This document shows positions 37,639 through 46,908 of a DNA stretch of 64,000 nucleotides, piece after piece. Origin of the DNA: Hyphomicrobiales bacterium. GTDB taxonomy: Bacteria > Pseudomonadota > Alphaproteobacteria > Rhizobiales > Xanthobacteraceae. The notes under the pieces are model-generated. The model was not told where the DNA came from. It was given only the letters and a program-made list of their open reading frames with translations, and did no database searches. The first letter of the stretch is position 1. Each line of letters begins with the position of its first letter. The stretch covers positions 5,617-69,616 of the forward strand of contig JBGMOD010000018.1 of the NCBI GenBank assembly GCA_041424235.1, read 5' to 3'. The translations under genes were made by a program, and so were the position numbers.

Positions 37639-38301
37639 ATGAAAACGCATGACGAAGCGTTGGCAGGGCTGGGTGCACGCATCCGCTCGTTGCGAGAGGA
37701 GCGTGGCATGAAGCTGAAGGAGCTGGCCGATGCGGCGGGGCTCTCGGATGCGTTCGTCTCCCGCCTCGAGCGTGGGCAAGTATCGAGCTCGGTCGCAAAC
37801 CTGATCCAGATCGCGGAAGTGCTCGACATCGGTGTCAGCGAATTGTTCGCCAACCCTCCGGACCAACTGCGCAGCCACGTCACGGTGCATCGCCACGGCG
37901 ATGCCGGCGAGGATCAGGCCATTCCGAGCACCGGGTATCGCTGGCGCCTGTTTGCCGGCGGGATGCCGAATGACGATCTCGAGGTCTTTCATCTGGTGTT
38001 CCCGCGCAAGAACCGGATGGACCTGATGGTGTCGCATCCGGGGCAGGAATATTGCTACGTGATCAGCGGCCGCATCCGTTTCCATGTCGGCGCCGAGACG
38101 TTCGATCTCGCGCCCGGCGAAGGCATCCTGCTCAATTCGGAATTGCCGCACCGCGCCGACAACATCAGCGACGACGAAGCCCGCATCCTGATGGTGGTCG
38201 CCAAGTCAGCCCAGAAGAGCGAGCACTTCGACTGGTGGCGCGTGCCCGGCACCGCCGCACCGGCCCGATCCCCACGAACCAAAACCAGCCAGGGAGAATG
38301 A
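37639..38301 (+). CDS. XRE-HTH + cupin regulator (PuuR-like)
   Basis: LGARIRSLREERGMKLKELA..VSRLERG; HPGQEYCYVISG. Confidence 0.9.
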   Translation: MKTHDEALAGLGARIRSLREERGMKLKELADAAGLSDAFVSRLERGQVSSSVANLIQIAEVLDIGVSELFANPPDQLRSHVTVHRHGDAGEDQAIPSTGYRWRLFAGGMPNDDLEVFHLVFPRKNRMDLMVSHPGQEYCYVISGRIRFHVGAETFDLAPGEGILLNSELPHRADNISDDEARILMVVAKSAQKSEHFDWWRVPGTAAPARSPRTKTSQGE

Positions 38302-38303
38302 CC

Positions 38304-38744
38304 ATGCAGACCACGACCACATCGGGCGGCAAGCATTTACCGTATGAGGCGAAGCACATCGACGACGTGGAATGGGAAACCATTCGCTGGCCCGGCGAAA
38401 CCGGCAAGATGCTGTTTCATCCGAGTCCCGAGCGGCCGACGGAGCCGAACGCCGGCATCCTGCGGCTCGAGCCTGGCGCGCATCACCCCATCCACAATCA
38501 CGAGTTCGCGCAGGTCTGGTACATCCTGAAGGGTGATTTCAAGATCGACGACAATCTCTACACACCGGGAACGATGATCTTTCATCCGGATCCGCACTTC
38601 GAAGGCCAATTCGAAACAGCCACCGGCGGTGAGATCCTGATCGTGCAGTATCCGGGTCCGACCACCGGCGGTCGTCCGATCTATGCCGGGCGTTTCAATA
38701 TGGAGAAACGCCGCGACATCGCCGAAGAGCGCACCGATCTCTGA
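38304..38744 (+). CDS. Cupin (ChrR-like) putative metalloenzyme
   Basis: PGAHHPIHNHEFAQVWYILKG..PGTMIFHPDPHFEG. Confidence 0.8.
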   Translation: MQTTTTSGGKHLPYEAKHIDDVEWETIRWPGETGKMLFHPSPERPTEPNAGILRLEPGAHHPIHNHEFAQVWYILKGDFKIDDNLYTPGTMIFHPDPHFEGQFETATGGEILIVQYPGPTTGGRPIYAGRFNMEKRRDIAEERTDL

Positions 38745-38760
38745 ACCGCGGCGGGCTGGC

Positions 38761-39888
38761 ATGGCGATCATTTCATACCTCACCACCATCCGTTTCGGCT
38801 TTGGCGAAGCGGAGTCACTTTCGGAAGAGCTAAAGGCGCTCGGCATCCGCCGGCCGCTGATGGTGACGGACCGTGGCGTGGTGGCCGCCGGCCTGGTGCA
38901 GCGGATCCTCGGCAACACGGGCGATACGCCGCCCGTGTTTGATGAGACACCGCCGAATCCTACCGAAGATGCGGCGCTTCGCGCGCTTGCGCTCTATCGG
39001 CAGACGCAATCCGACGGACTCGTTGCGATCGGTGGCGGCTCGCCGATCGATCTGGCGAAAGCCGTCGCGTTGCTGGCCACCCATGATGGTCCGCTGGCGC
39101 AATATGCCGCCATTCTCGGCGGCGTCGGCAGGATCAAGCCCACGGTTGCTCCCGTGATCGCGCTTCCCACCACGGCAGGCACCGGCAGCGAGGTCGGTCG
39201 CGCCGCCTTGATCACGCTCAACGACGGCCGCAAGCTTGGGCTGGTCAGCCCCTATCTCATCCCGGTGCGGGCGATCTGCGATCCGCTGCTGACGCTCGGG
39301 CTGCCGCCGGGCCTGACGGCCGCCACAGGAATGGACGCGCTGTCGCACTGCGTGGAAACGTTCCTCTCGCCGCGCTTCAATCCTGTGGCGGAGGCGATTG
39401 CGTTGGATGGCGCCTCCAGGATCATTCGCAATCTTGCGAAAGCCGTTGTCCACGGAGACGATCGTGAGGCGCGCTCGGAGATGATGATGGGCGCGCTGCA
39501 GGGCGGCCTGTGCTTCCAGAAAGGGCTCGGTGCCGTCCACGGACTGTCCCATGCCCTCGGTGGCCTCGCCGCGCCGAGCCTGCATCACGGCACCCTCAAT
39601 GCGGTGTTGATGCCTGCCGTGATGCGTTACAACGCGCCTGACATCGGCGACAAGATCGATCGCCTGCGGCTGGCGCTCGGGCTCGGAGCAGGCGACGACG
39701 TGGCGGATTTCTTTGCTGGCCTGAATGCGACACTCGGCCTGCCGCGCGGTCTGCAGGCGATGGGCGTGCCGGCGTCCGTGATCGACGACATGGCTCGCAA
39801 GGCGGAGCTCGATCATTCCACTGCGACCAATCCGCGCGCAATCGATGCAGCGGGTTATCGGAGCATTTTCCAAGCCGCCTGGGATTGA
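38761..39888 (+). CDS. Iron-containing alcohol dehydrogenase (4-hydroxybutyrate DH-like)
   Basis: GGGSPIDLAK, PTTAGTGSE, DALSHCVE, HGLSH, HHG. Confidence 0.9.
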   Translation: MAIISYLTTIRFGFGEAESLSEELKALGIRRPLMVTDRGVVAAGLVQRILGNTGDTPPVFDETPPNPTEDAALRALALYRQTQSDGLVAIGGGSPIDLAKAVALLATHDGPLAQYAAILGGVGRIKPTVAPVIALPTTAGTGSEVGRAALITLNDGRKLGLVSPYLIPVRAICDPLLTLGLPPGLTAATGMDALSHCVETFLSPRFNPVAEAIALDGASRIIRNLAKAVVHGDDREARSEMMMGALQGGLCFQKGLGAVHGLSHALGGLAAPSLHHGTLNAVLMPAVMRYNAPDIGDKIDRLRLALGLGAGDDVADFFAGLNATLGLPRGLQAMGVPASVIDDMARKAELDHSTATNPRAIDAAGYRSIFQAAWD

Positions 39889-39891
39889 TCT

Positions 39892-40821
39892 TTACTTCGC
39901 CCGCGCAAACAAGCTGAAACATGCCTGCCGCAGCCAGCGGTGGCCTGGGTCGCGGTGGTAGCGTTCGTGCCAGTATTGCGCCACTGCGATCGGTGGGATC
40001 GCGACAGGGGGACGGATGCTGGCGAGATTGAGCCGGTCGGCGATCGCCAGCGCGAGGTTGGCCGGCAGTGTGGCGACGCCGTCGGTTTCGGCGGCGACCA
40101 GGGCGGCGGCGACAAAGCTCGGCAGCCGCAGCAGCACGCGCTCCGGTGCGATTGCCGCCTCGATCGCCTGCTGCGCCATGGCATGCGCGGAATGGCCAGT
40201 TTCCGAGGCGGTGACCAGGATGTGCTGCGCGGCGCAGAATTCGGAGAGCCGCGCCAACCGCAGTCGCCTGGGGTGGCCCCGGCGCATCACGCTGAGATAG
40301 CCGTCGGTGTAGAGCTGCTGGCGGCGCAGGTCGCGCGGCGCCTTGGCGTAGGCACCAAGCGCCAGATCGGCCTCGCCGCTGGCGAGCTTGGCTTCGAAAT
40401 TGCGGGCATCGAGCGGCAAAGCCTCCAGCTTCAGGCGCGGCCCGGCTGTTGCCAGGTGCGCCGTCAAAGCGGGGAGAAAACGCAGCATGCCGACGTCGCT
40501 GACCAGCAGCCGGAACTGGCGGTGCGATGATTTTGGATCGAACGGCGCGGTGACGGGATCGGCCAGGCTGTCGGCGGCGCTCAGCAGGTTGCGCAGCGGC
40601 GTCAGCATCTCCGCGCCCTTCGGCGTCGGCCGCATGGTCTGGCCGTCGCGCACCAGCAGCGGATCGTCGAAATGCGCGCGCAGCCGGGCCAGCGCCTTGC
40701 TCAGGGTCGGCTGGGTGGTGTCGAGCCGCGCCGCCGCCCGGGTCAGCGATCCCTCGCTCAGCATCACCTGCAGCATGCGCAGGTCGCGCAGCTGCAGCTC
40801 CACATCATTCTCATTGGGCAT
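39892..40821 (-). CDS. LysR regulator (NahR/DntR-like)
   Basis: SLTRAAARLDTTQPTLSKALARLR..DPLLVR; QYWHERYHRDPGHRWLR. Confidence 0.9.
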   Translation of the reverse strand: MPNENDVELQLRDLRMLQVMLSEGSLTRAAARLDTTQPTLSKALARLRAHFDDPLLVRDGQTMRPTPKGAEMLTPLRNLLSAADSLADPVTAPFDPKSSHRQFRLLVSDVGMLRFLPALTAHLATAGPRLKLEALPLDARNFEAKLASGEADLALGAYAKAPRDLRRQQLYTDGYLSVMRRGHPRRLRLARLSEFCAAQHILVTASETGHSAHAMAQQAIEAAIAPERVLLRLPSFVAAALVAAETDGVATLPANLALAIADRLNLASIRPPVAIPPIAVAQYWHERYHRDPGHRWLRQACFSLFARAK

Positions 40822-40937
40822 GACCATTATTCCAGTTCCGGCATCGCCAGACGATGCGGCCGGCCCTAGCCTCGCGTCAAGGGTGAGAAACCAGAGACTG
40901 GAAAACAGCAACACAAGACAACCGCGGGAGCAAACAC

Positions 40938-41816
40938 ATGGCGAAGTTCAAGATCGAACCGCATTTCCGGCTGCAGGAATGGGTGGCGGAAGAGAAGGGC
41001 TATTTTCGCGCCGAGGGGCTCGACTACGAGTTCAGGGAATTCATCCGCTCGTCGAACGGCGCGCACCACGTGACGCAGGGCGCCAGCGGTGCGTTCCAGA
41101 GCATCGAGAAGGGGCGGGAGTCCAACATCACCTGCGCCTGCCACTGGACCGTGAACGTCGCGGCGTCGCGCGGCCACACCAAGCTGTTCGCGGATGCCTA
41201 TTCGGTGGCGCCGTCGGGCATTTTCGTGCGCGCGGATTCGACCATCAAGTCGCCGGCCGATCTCGCCGGGGTGCCGATCTCGGTCGGTTTCCAGTCCGGC
41301 AGCCACTACGCCACCATCCAGGCGCTGGAATCCTACATGGCTTCAGACGCGATCAAGCTGTCGTATGACGAGGGCATGCTGTTCAGCCGCATGGAAGCGT
41401 TCTTCGACGGCAAGTCGCAGGCCGCGACGCTGTTCGGCGGGCCCTATTACTTCGCCGAGCAGCTCGGCTACCGCAAGATCATCGACACCACCTTCATGAT
41501 CGGCGCCATGATCAATGGCGATCCGGACATGGAGGACGTGAAGAAGTATTTCCAGGCGCTGCGCCGGGCCCAGCGCGACATCGATCTGCGGCCGGAGCTC
41601 TACACCCACTATTACAAGATGGAGTTCCCCGAGCGCTTCCATGCGGCGATGGATACGCGGCGCTGGGGGCCGGGCGAACGCATCGTGTTCGAGCCCTACA
41701 GCCGCGACGTGTTCGAGCAATCGTTCGACTGGATCGCCAAGCACGAGATCTTCGAGAGCGGCAGCATGGGCTCGGGCAATTACGAGGATGCTACGGTCTC
41801 GATGGTGTTGGGGTGA
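40938..41816 (+). CDS. NMT1/THI5/SsuA-fold protein lacking a signal peptide
   Basis: WVAEEKGYFRAEGLDYE, IKSPADLAG, SGSHY; no hydrophobic N-terminus. Confidence 0.75.
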   Translation: MAKFKIEPHFRLQEWVAEEKGYFRAEGLDYEFREFIRSSNGAHHVTQGASGAFQSIEKGRESNITCACHWTVNVAASRGHTKLFADAYSVAPSGIFVRADSTIKSPADLAGVPISVGFQSGSHYATIQALESYMASDAIKLSYDEGMLFSRMEAFFDGKSQAATLFGGPYYFAEQLGYRKIIDTTFMIGAMINGDPDMEDVKKYFQALRRAQRDIDLRPELYTHYYKMEFPERFHAAMDTRRWGPGERIVFEPYSRDVFEQSFDWIAKHEIFESGSMGSGNYEDATVSMVLG

Positions 41817-41824
41817 GGATCGTC

Positions 41825-41871
41825 CCCCTCATCCTTCGAGACGGCGCTTTGCGCCTCCTCAGGATGAGGGG
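41825..41871. repeat. REP-like family A half element
   Basis: cctcatccttcgagacgg..cctcctcaggatgagg. Confidence 0.75.
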
Positions 41872-41880
41872 CATTTCTTC

Positions 41881-42693
41881 TCACCGCCCGGTAAACGCCG
41901 GCGCGCGCTTCTCCACAAAATGTTTCACGCCTTCCTTGAAGTCATCGCTGGCGAGGCTGAGGGCCATTTCGTGGTCGGCCACATCCATGGCCTGATCCAG
42001 CGTCTGCATCTGGGCCTGCCAAAGCTGTCGCTTGATCACGCGCAGCGAACGCGGCGACGACAGCTCAGCGAGCTCTTTCGCATAGGCCATCGTCGCCGGC
42101 ATCAGTTCGTCGGCCGGATATAGCCGATCTGCCAGGCCGATGCGAAGGGCTTCATCGGCATCGACCTTGCGCGCCGACAGCAGCAGGTCGGTGGCTTTCG
42201 ATAATCCGACCAGGCGGGGCAGGGTTCAGCTGATGCCGTGCTCGGCGATCAGGCCGCGCCGTGCGAAGGCGGTGGTGAACACGGCCTGCTGCGACGCGAA
42301 ACGCATGTCGCAGAACAGCGCATAACACAGGCCGAGACCGGCGCAGGGGCCGTTGATGGCGGCGATGATCGGTTTGGAGACCGCCGGAAAATACGTGTTC
42401 TTGCGCTGGAAATCCCGCGGCGAGCTTTCGTCGAACGGCGGATCGACGGCTTCCTCGATCCGCCCGGCGCTTGAAATGCTGGACAGACGCTTCATGTCGG
42501 CGCCCGCGCAGAAGCCGCGTCCGGCGCCGGTGAGCACGATGACGCGGATATCGTCGTCCTTGTCGGCCTTGTCCATCGCCGCGCGCACCTCCTGGCCCAT
42601 CACCGCGGTCCAGGCATTGAGCTGGTCGGGACGATTGAGCGTGACGACGGCAATGCGGCCGGTGGTTTTATAATCGACTTCGGTCAAGGCCAT
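41881..42693 (-). pseudogene. Enoyl-CoA hydratase/isomerase interrupted by an in-frame TGA at 42226-42228
   Basis: LNRPDQLNA, FCAGAD, GLIAEHGIS*TLPRLVGLSKA; the frame continues to KRAPAFTGR. Confidence 0.85.
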
Positions 42694-42940
42694 GGTGTTG
42701 TCTCCCGCATTGTTCTTGTTGGCCGCCGCTTGGGCGAAGGGATCGGCACGATAGGGGGCGGTGTGATGGGGAGCAAGTGCGAGGCCGGACGAACAGGTGA
42801 GGGCGGCCCATCGCGGAACCGGATATTGTGTCGCACCGCGACAAACGAGCCCGCTCGACTCCGCGATATTGAGGCGTAAGCTTGCCGCCTGCTGCAACAA
42901 CGAGCCCAAGCTCGCTTAAAAACAAAATGCGGAGGACACC

Positions 42941-44743
42941 ATGCTCGACAAGGCCCCCAACGGCAAAGTCTCCGAGGTTCTCGGCGCGCTCGACGCGGCG
43001 CTCAGCGCCGGTGACGTGGACCGCGCCGTCGCTCTGTTCCAGACCGATTGTTATTGGCGCGACCTCGTGACCTTCACCTGGAACATCAGGACCATGGAAG
43101 GCAAGGATCAGATCCGCGACATGCTCAAGGCGCAGCTTGCGGCCACCAGGCCATCGAACTGGCGGATTGCGGACGGCGAAAACGCGTCCGAGGCCGACGG
43201 CATCACCGACAGCTGGATTCAATTCGAAACTAATGTCGCGCGCGGCTTCGGTCATATCCGCCTGAAGGACGGCCGGATCTGGACGCTGCTGACGAGCATG
43301 AGCGAACTCAAGGGGCACGAAGAGCCGCTCGGACACGATCGCCCGATGGGCGCCAAGCATGGGTCCGATCGCAACCGCAAGAGCTGGACGGAAGAGCGCG
43401 AGGCGGAGGCCGCAGAGCTCGGCCATTCGCGCCAGCCCTATTGCGTGATCGTCGGCGGCGGGCAGGGGGGCATTGCGCTCGCCGCGCGGCTGCGTCAGCT
43501 CAGTGTGCCGACCATCGTGATCGAGCGCAACGCGCGCGCCGGCGACAGCTGGCGCAAGCGCTACAAATCGCTCTGCCTGCATGATCCGGTCTGGTACGAC
43601 CATCTGCCGTATCTGCCGTTCCCGCGGAACTGGCCGGTGTTCTCCCCGAAGGACAAGATCGGCGATTGGCTGGAGATGTACACCAAGGTAATGGAGCTCA
43701 ATTATTGGAGCTCGACCGAGTGCAAGAAGGCCAGCTACGATGAAACGTCTCGCGAGTGGACCGTGGTGGTCGAACGCGACGGCAAGGAGATCGTGCTCAA
43801 GCCGAAACAGCTGGTGCTGGCCACCGGCATGTCGGGCAAGGCCAACATCCCGAAGTTCGAAGGCATGGACAGCTTCAAGGGCGATCAGCATCACTCGTCG
43901 CAGCATCCCGGGCCGGACAAGTATCGCGGCAAGAAGGCGGTGGTGATCGGCTCCAACAATTCCGCGCACGATATCTGCGCCGCGCTATGGGAAAACGGCG
44001 TCGACGTCACCATGGTGCAGCGCTCGTCGACCCATGTGGTGAAGTCGGACACGCTGATGGAGCTGGGGCTGGCCGCGCTGTACTCCGAGCAGGCGGTCGA
44101 GGCCGGCATGACCACGGCGAAAGCGGACATGACCTTCGCGTCGATCCCCTACAAGATCCTGCACGAATTCCAGATCCCGTTGTACAACACCATCCGCGAG
44201 CGCGACGCCGAATTCTACAGGCGGCTGGAGAAGGCCGGCTTCATGCTCGACTATGGCGACGACGAGTCCGGCCTGTTCATGAAGTACCTGCGGCGCGGCT
44301 CGGGCTACTACATCGATGTCGGCGCCTCCGACTTGATCGCCGACGGCAGCATCAAGCTGAAGAGCGGCGTCGACGTCAAACAGCTGACGGCGAACTCCGT
44401 GGTCCTCAGCGACGGCAGCGAATTGCCGGCGGATCTGGTTGTTTATGCCACGGGCTACGGCTCGATGAACGGCTGGGCCGCGGACCTGATCTCGAAAGAG
44501 GTTGCGAGCAAGGTCGGCAAGGTCTGGGGACTGGGGTCGAACACCACCAAGGACCCCGGGCCCTGGGAAGGCGAGCAGCGCAACATGTGGAAGCCGACCC
44601 AGCAGGAAGCGCTCTGGTTCCACGGCGGCAACCTGCATCAGTCGCGGCACTATTCGCAGTATCTGTCGCTGCAGCTCAAGGCACGCCAGGAAGGCATCGC
44701 CACGCCGGTGTACGGGCTGCAGCAGGTGCATCACGTGGCGTGA
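42941..44743 (+). CDS. Flavin monooxygenase with N-terminal SnoaL-like extension (type II FMO-like)
   Basis: YWRDLVTFTW, GGGQGG, WRKRYKSL.LHDP, FKGDQHHSSQH, GSNNSAHD, ATGY. Confidence 0.9.
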   Translation: MLDKAPNGKVSEVLGALDAALSAGDVDRAVALFQTDCYWRDLVTFTWNIRTMEGKDQIRDMLKAQLAATRPSNWRIADGENASEADGITDSWIQFETNVARGFGHIRLKDGRIWTLLTSMSELKGHEEPLGHDRPMGAKHGSDRNRKSWTEEREAEAAELGHSRQPYCVIVGGGQGGIALAARLRQLSVPTIVIERNARAGDSWRKRYKSLCLHDPVWYDHLPYLPFPRNWPVFSPKDKIGDWLEMYTKVMELNYWSSTECKKASYDETSREWTVVVERDGKEIVLKPKQLVLATGMSGKANIPKFEGMDSFKGDQHHSSQHPGPDKYRGKKAVVIGSNNSAHDICAALWENGVDVTMVQRSSTHVVKSDTLMELGLAALYSEQAVEAGMTTAKADMTFASIPYKILHEFQIPLYNTIRERDAEFYRRLEKAGFMLDYGDDESGLFMKYLRRGSGYYIDVGASDLIADGSIKLKSGVDVKQLTANSVVLSDGSELPADLVVYATGYGSMNGWAADLISKEVASKVGKVWGLGSNTTKDPGPWEGEQRNMWKPTQQEALWFHGGNLHQSRHYSQYLSLQLKARQEGIATPVYGLQQVHHVA

Positions 44744-44801
44744 TTGGAATGAGGCTGAGCCAAGTTGGATTCAGCGGCCAAACGAAAGCATCCCACCCAC
44801 A

Positions 44802-44890
44802 TTGTCATCACCGGGCTTGTCCCGGTGATCTCGCTTAGGGACGCACTGCCCTCCTAAGCGGGGTTGCCGGGACAAGCCCGGCAACGACAA
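44802..44890. repeat. REP-like element family B
   Basis: tgtcatcaccgggcttgtcccggtgat..gttgccgggacaagcccggcaacgaca. Confidence 0.85.
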
Positions 44891-44946
44891 AGAGGAGTGA
44901 TCGGACGGAAGCGTTTCGATATCGGGTTTGATGATAAGCAACGCAT

Positions 44947-45732
44947 TCACCCCATCGCGCCCTTCAGCCACGGCACGTCGCCGGAGGCGTCCGTGCCGTT
45001 GGCAATCAGGCCGCTCACCTGTTTCGCGGCATCGATGGTGATGCGGACCAGCAGGTTTTCGTCGGAGGTGGCAAAGCGCTTTTCACCGAACACGGTGCCG
45101 ATGCTGCCGGGCTGCTGCGGCGTGTCGAGGATGATCGGAGCCGCGATGCCGATGCTGCCGCGATCGAGTTCGCTCCGGGAGATGTAGTAGCCGGCGCGCC
45201 GGATCGCCGTCATGCGGGCGCGGAATTCCTTCCACGATCCGCCCAGGCCGGCCGCCTCGGCCTCGGTGACATTCGCTTCATACAGGCGCTTGAGCTGGGC
45301 GTGCGGCAGTGCGGAGACAATGACCTTGGACGGTGCGCCGCGAAACAACGGCATGCGCCGCCCCCGGCTGTAGCTGACGAGATGAGCCGCCGTGCCGCGT
45401 TCATGATGGTTGACCACCACGTGGTCACCCAGGAAGCTGGTCCACAGCGTGTCACATTCCAGCCGCTCGCTCAGCGCGCGCAGCACCTGCTGGATGATGT
45501 TCAGATTGGGATCGTTTTCCCGGATGAAATAGTCGAGTTCGACAATCCGCGGTCCCAGCGAGTAGGCGCCGCCGATCCGTTTCAGGAATCCGGCGGCGGC
45601 CAGTTCGCGGATGTAGCGATAGGCGGTGCCGCGGCTGTAGTTCAGCCGCATCATGATCTCGTCGGCGGTCAGGCTCGGCTCTTGCGGGGTGAAGACGTCG
45701 AACACCGCCAGCATGCGTTTGAGGCTAGACAC
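44947..45732 (-). CDS. IclR family regulator
   Basis: GTG overlapping the upstream stop; SSLKRMLAVF, TAYRYIREL, PLFRGAPSK. Confidence 0.85.
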   Translation of the reverse strand: MSSLKRMLAVFDVFTPQEPSLTADEIMMRLNYSRGTAYRYIRELAAAGFLKRIGGAYSLGPRIVELDYFIRENDPNLNIIQQVLRALSERLECDTLWTSFLGDHVVVNHHERGTAAHLVSYSRGRRMPLFRGAPSKVIVSALPHAQLKRLYEANVTEAEAAGLGGSWKEFRARMTAIRRAGYYISRSELDRGSIGIAAPIILDTPQQPGSIGTVFGEKRFATSDENLLVRITIDAAKQVSGLIANGTDASGDVPWLKGAMG

Positions 45733-46750
45733 GGGTGGTCTCGTCCTGACGAGCGGTTGCAGTGACGCTGTCCCACCACGGACACGCCCCCGACATGCGC
45801 TGGAAATTGCCGGGCAAGACCTGCACCGGGTGGCGCAGGCCATCGGCCGCCGCCTGCATGCGCATCTCGCGGGCCCGCTCGCGATCGGCCGGCGACAGCC
45901 ATGTCCGTTCGTGGCCCCACAGGCTCGGCCCTTCAAAATACTCCTGCGCCTGCCAGCCGGCCGGCTCGATCTCGCGGCCGCCCCAGCCGCACTCGACGGA
46001 GAACGCCGACGGCGTCTTGGCGTAGAACGACGTCATGTAGTCGTTGGTGTGCCGGCCCAGTGTGACGCCGATCCGATCAGGCTGGTTGAGCGCGATGTCG
46101 TAGGCCTGGCCGACATCGTCGAGCGAGAACAGTTCGACCATCAGGTGATGCAAACCGTCGATGCCGGTTTCGATCAGGGCCAGGCTGTGATGGCGCTTGT
46201 TGATGTGGAAGAAGAACGCGCGGAACGGCGCCAGGATGTAGTCGCTCAGCTTGAAGCCGAGCAACTCCGTGTAGAACGGCATCATGGCGTCGAGGCTCTT
46301 TACGGTGAGCACTGCGTGGCCCAGCCCCAGCGGACCGGTGCGGAAGCCGGAAATGTTGCGGCCGGGCCGGAACGGCGTGCTGTCGATCTCGGCACCATGA
46401 AAGGCCTCCAGCCGGTTTCCCGCGGGATCGGAAAACGAGATCAGGCCACGGACGTGGCGGGCGTCGGCGAGAAACGCTGGCTCGCGCGTCACCGTCACCT
46501 TCGCGCGCTCGAGATGCGCGGCCAGCGCGTCGAGCGCCGCGGCATCCGTCATTTCCCAGCCAAAGAAACGCGTGCCTTCGGGCAGCGATGCGTCGACAAT
46601 CACCCGCTGCTTGCGATCGTCCATCCGGAAGGCGAGGTACGAGCGGGTGGTCTCGACCGCCTGGAAGCCGACCAGGCCGGTGCCGAAATCACGCCAGTCG
46701 TTGAAGTGGGAGGTGCCCAGACCGAAATAGCCAAAGGCTTGAGGCTGCAT
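45725..46750 (-). CDS. Extradiol ring-cleavage dioxygenase (VOC, BphC-like)
   Basis: GLGHAVL, RHHSLA, HHLMVE, GRHTNDYMTSFY..TPS.F.VECG. Confidence 0.9.
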   Translation of the reverse strand: MQPQAFGYFGLGTSHFNDWRDFGTGLVGFQAVETTRSYLAFRMDDRKQRVIVDASLPEGTRFFGWEMTDAAALDALAAHLERAKVTVTREPAFLADARHVRGLISFSDPAGNRLEAFHGAEIDSTPFRPGRNISGFRTGPLGLGHAVLTVKSLDAMMPFYTELLGFKLSDYILAPFRAFFFHINKRHHSLALIETGIDGLHHLMVELFSLDDVGQAYDIALNQPDRIGVTLGRHTNDYMTSFYAKTPSAFSVECGWGGREIEPAGWQAQEYFEGPSLWGHERTWLSPADRERAREMRMQAAADGLRHPVQVLPGNFQRMSGACPWWDSVTATARQDETTRV

Positions 46751-46908
46751 GGGAATCTCCCTGAGATGGCTGACCTTGTGACGGCGCCTTGTCTTCAAAA
46801 TATCTCAAAATACGAAAACCGCCAACAAAGATGTTGAGATTTGAGATCGTGAGCTGATAGAAATCTCACAATAAGGAATTTTATAAAAACATAGAGGGAG
46901 GATGTTTG

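Noticed and set aside
42226-42228. TGA as selenocysteine or code-4 Trp
   Set aside because: The position is Trp rather than Cys in the family, and many genes here terminate at TGA.
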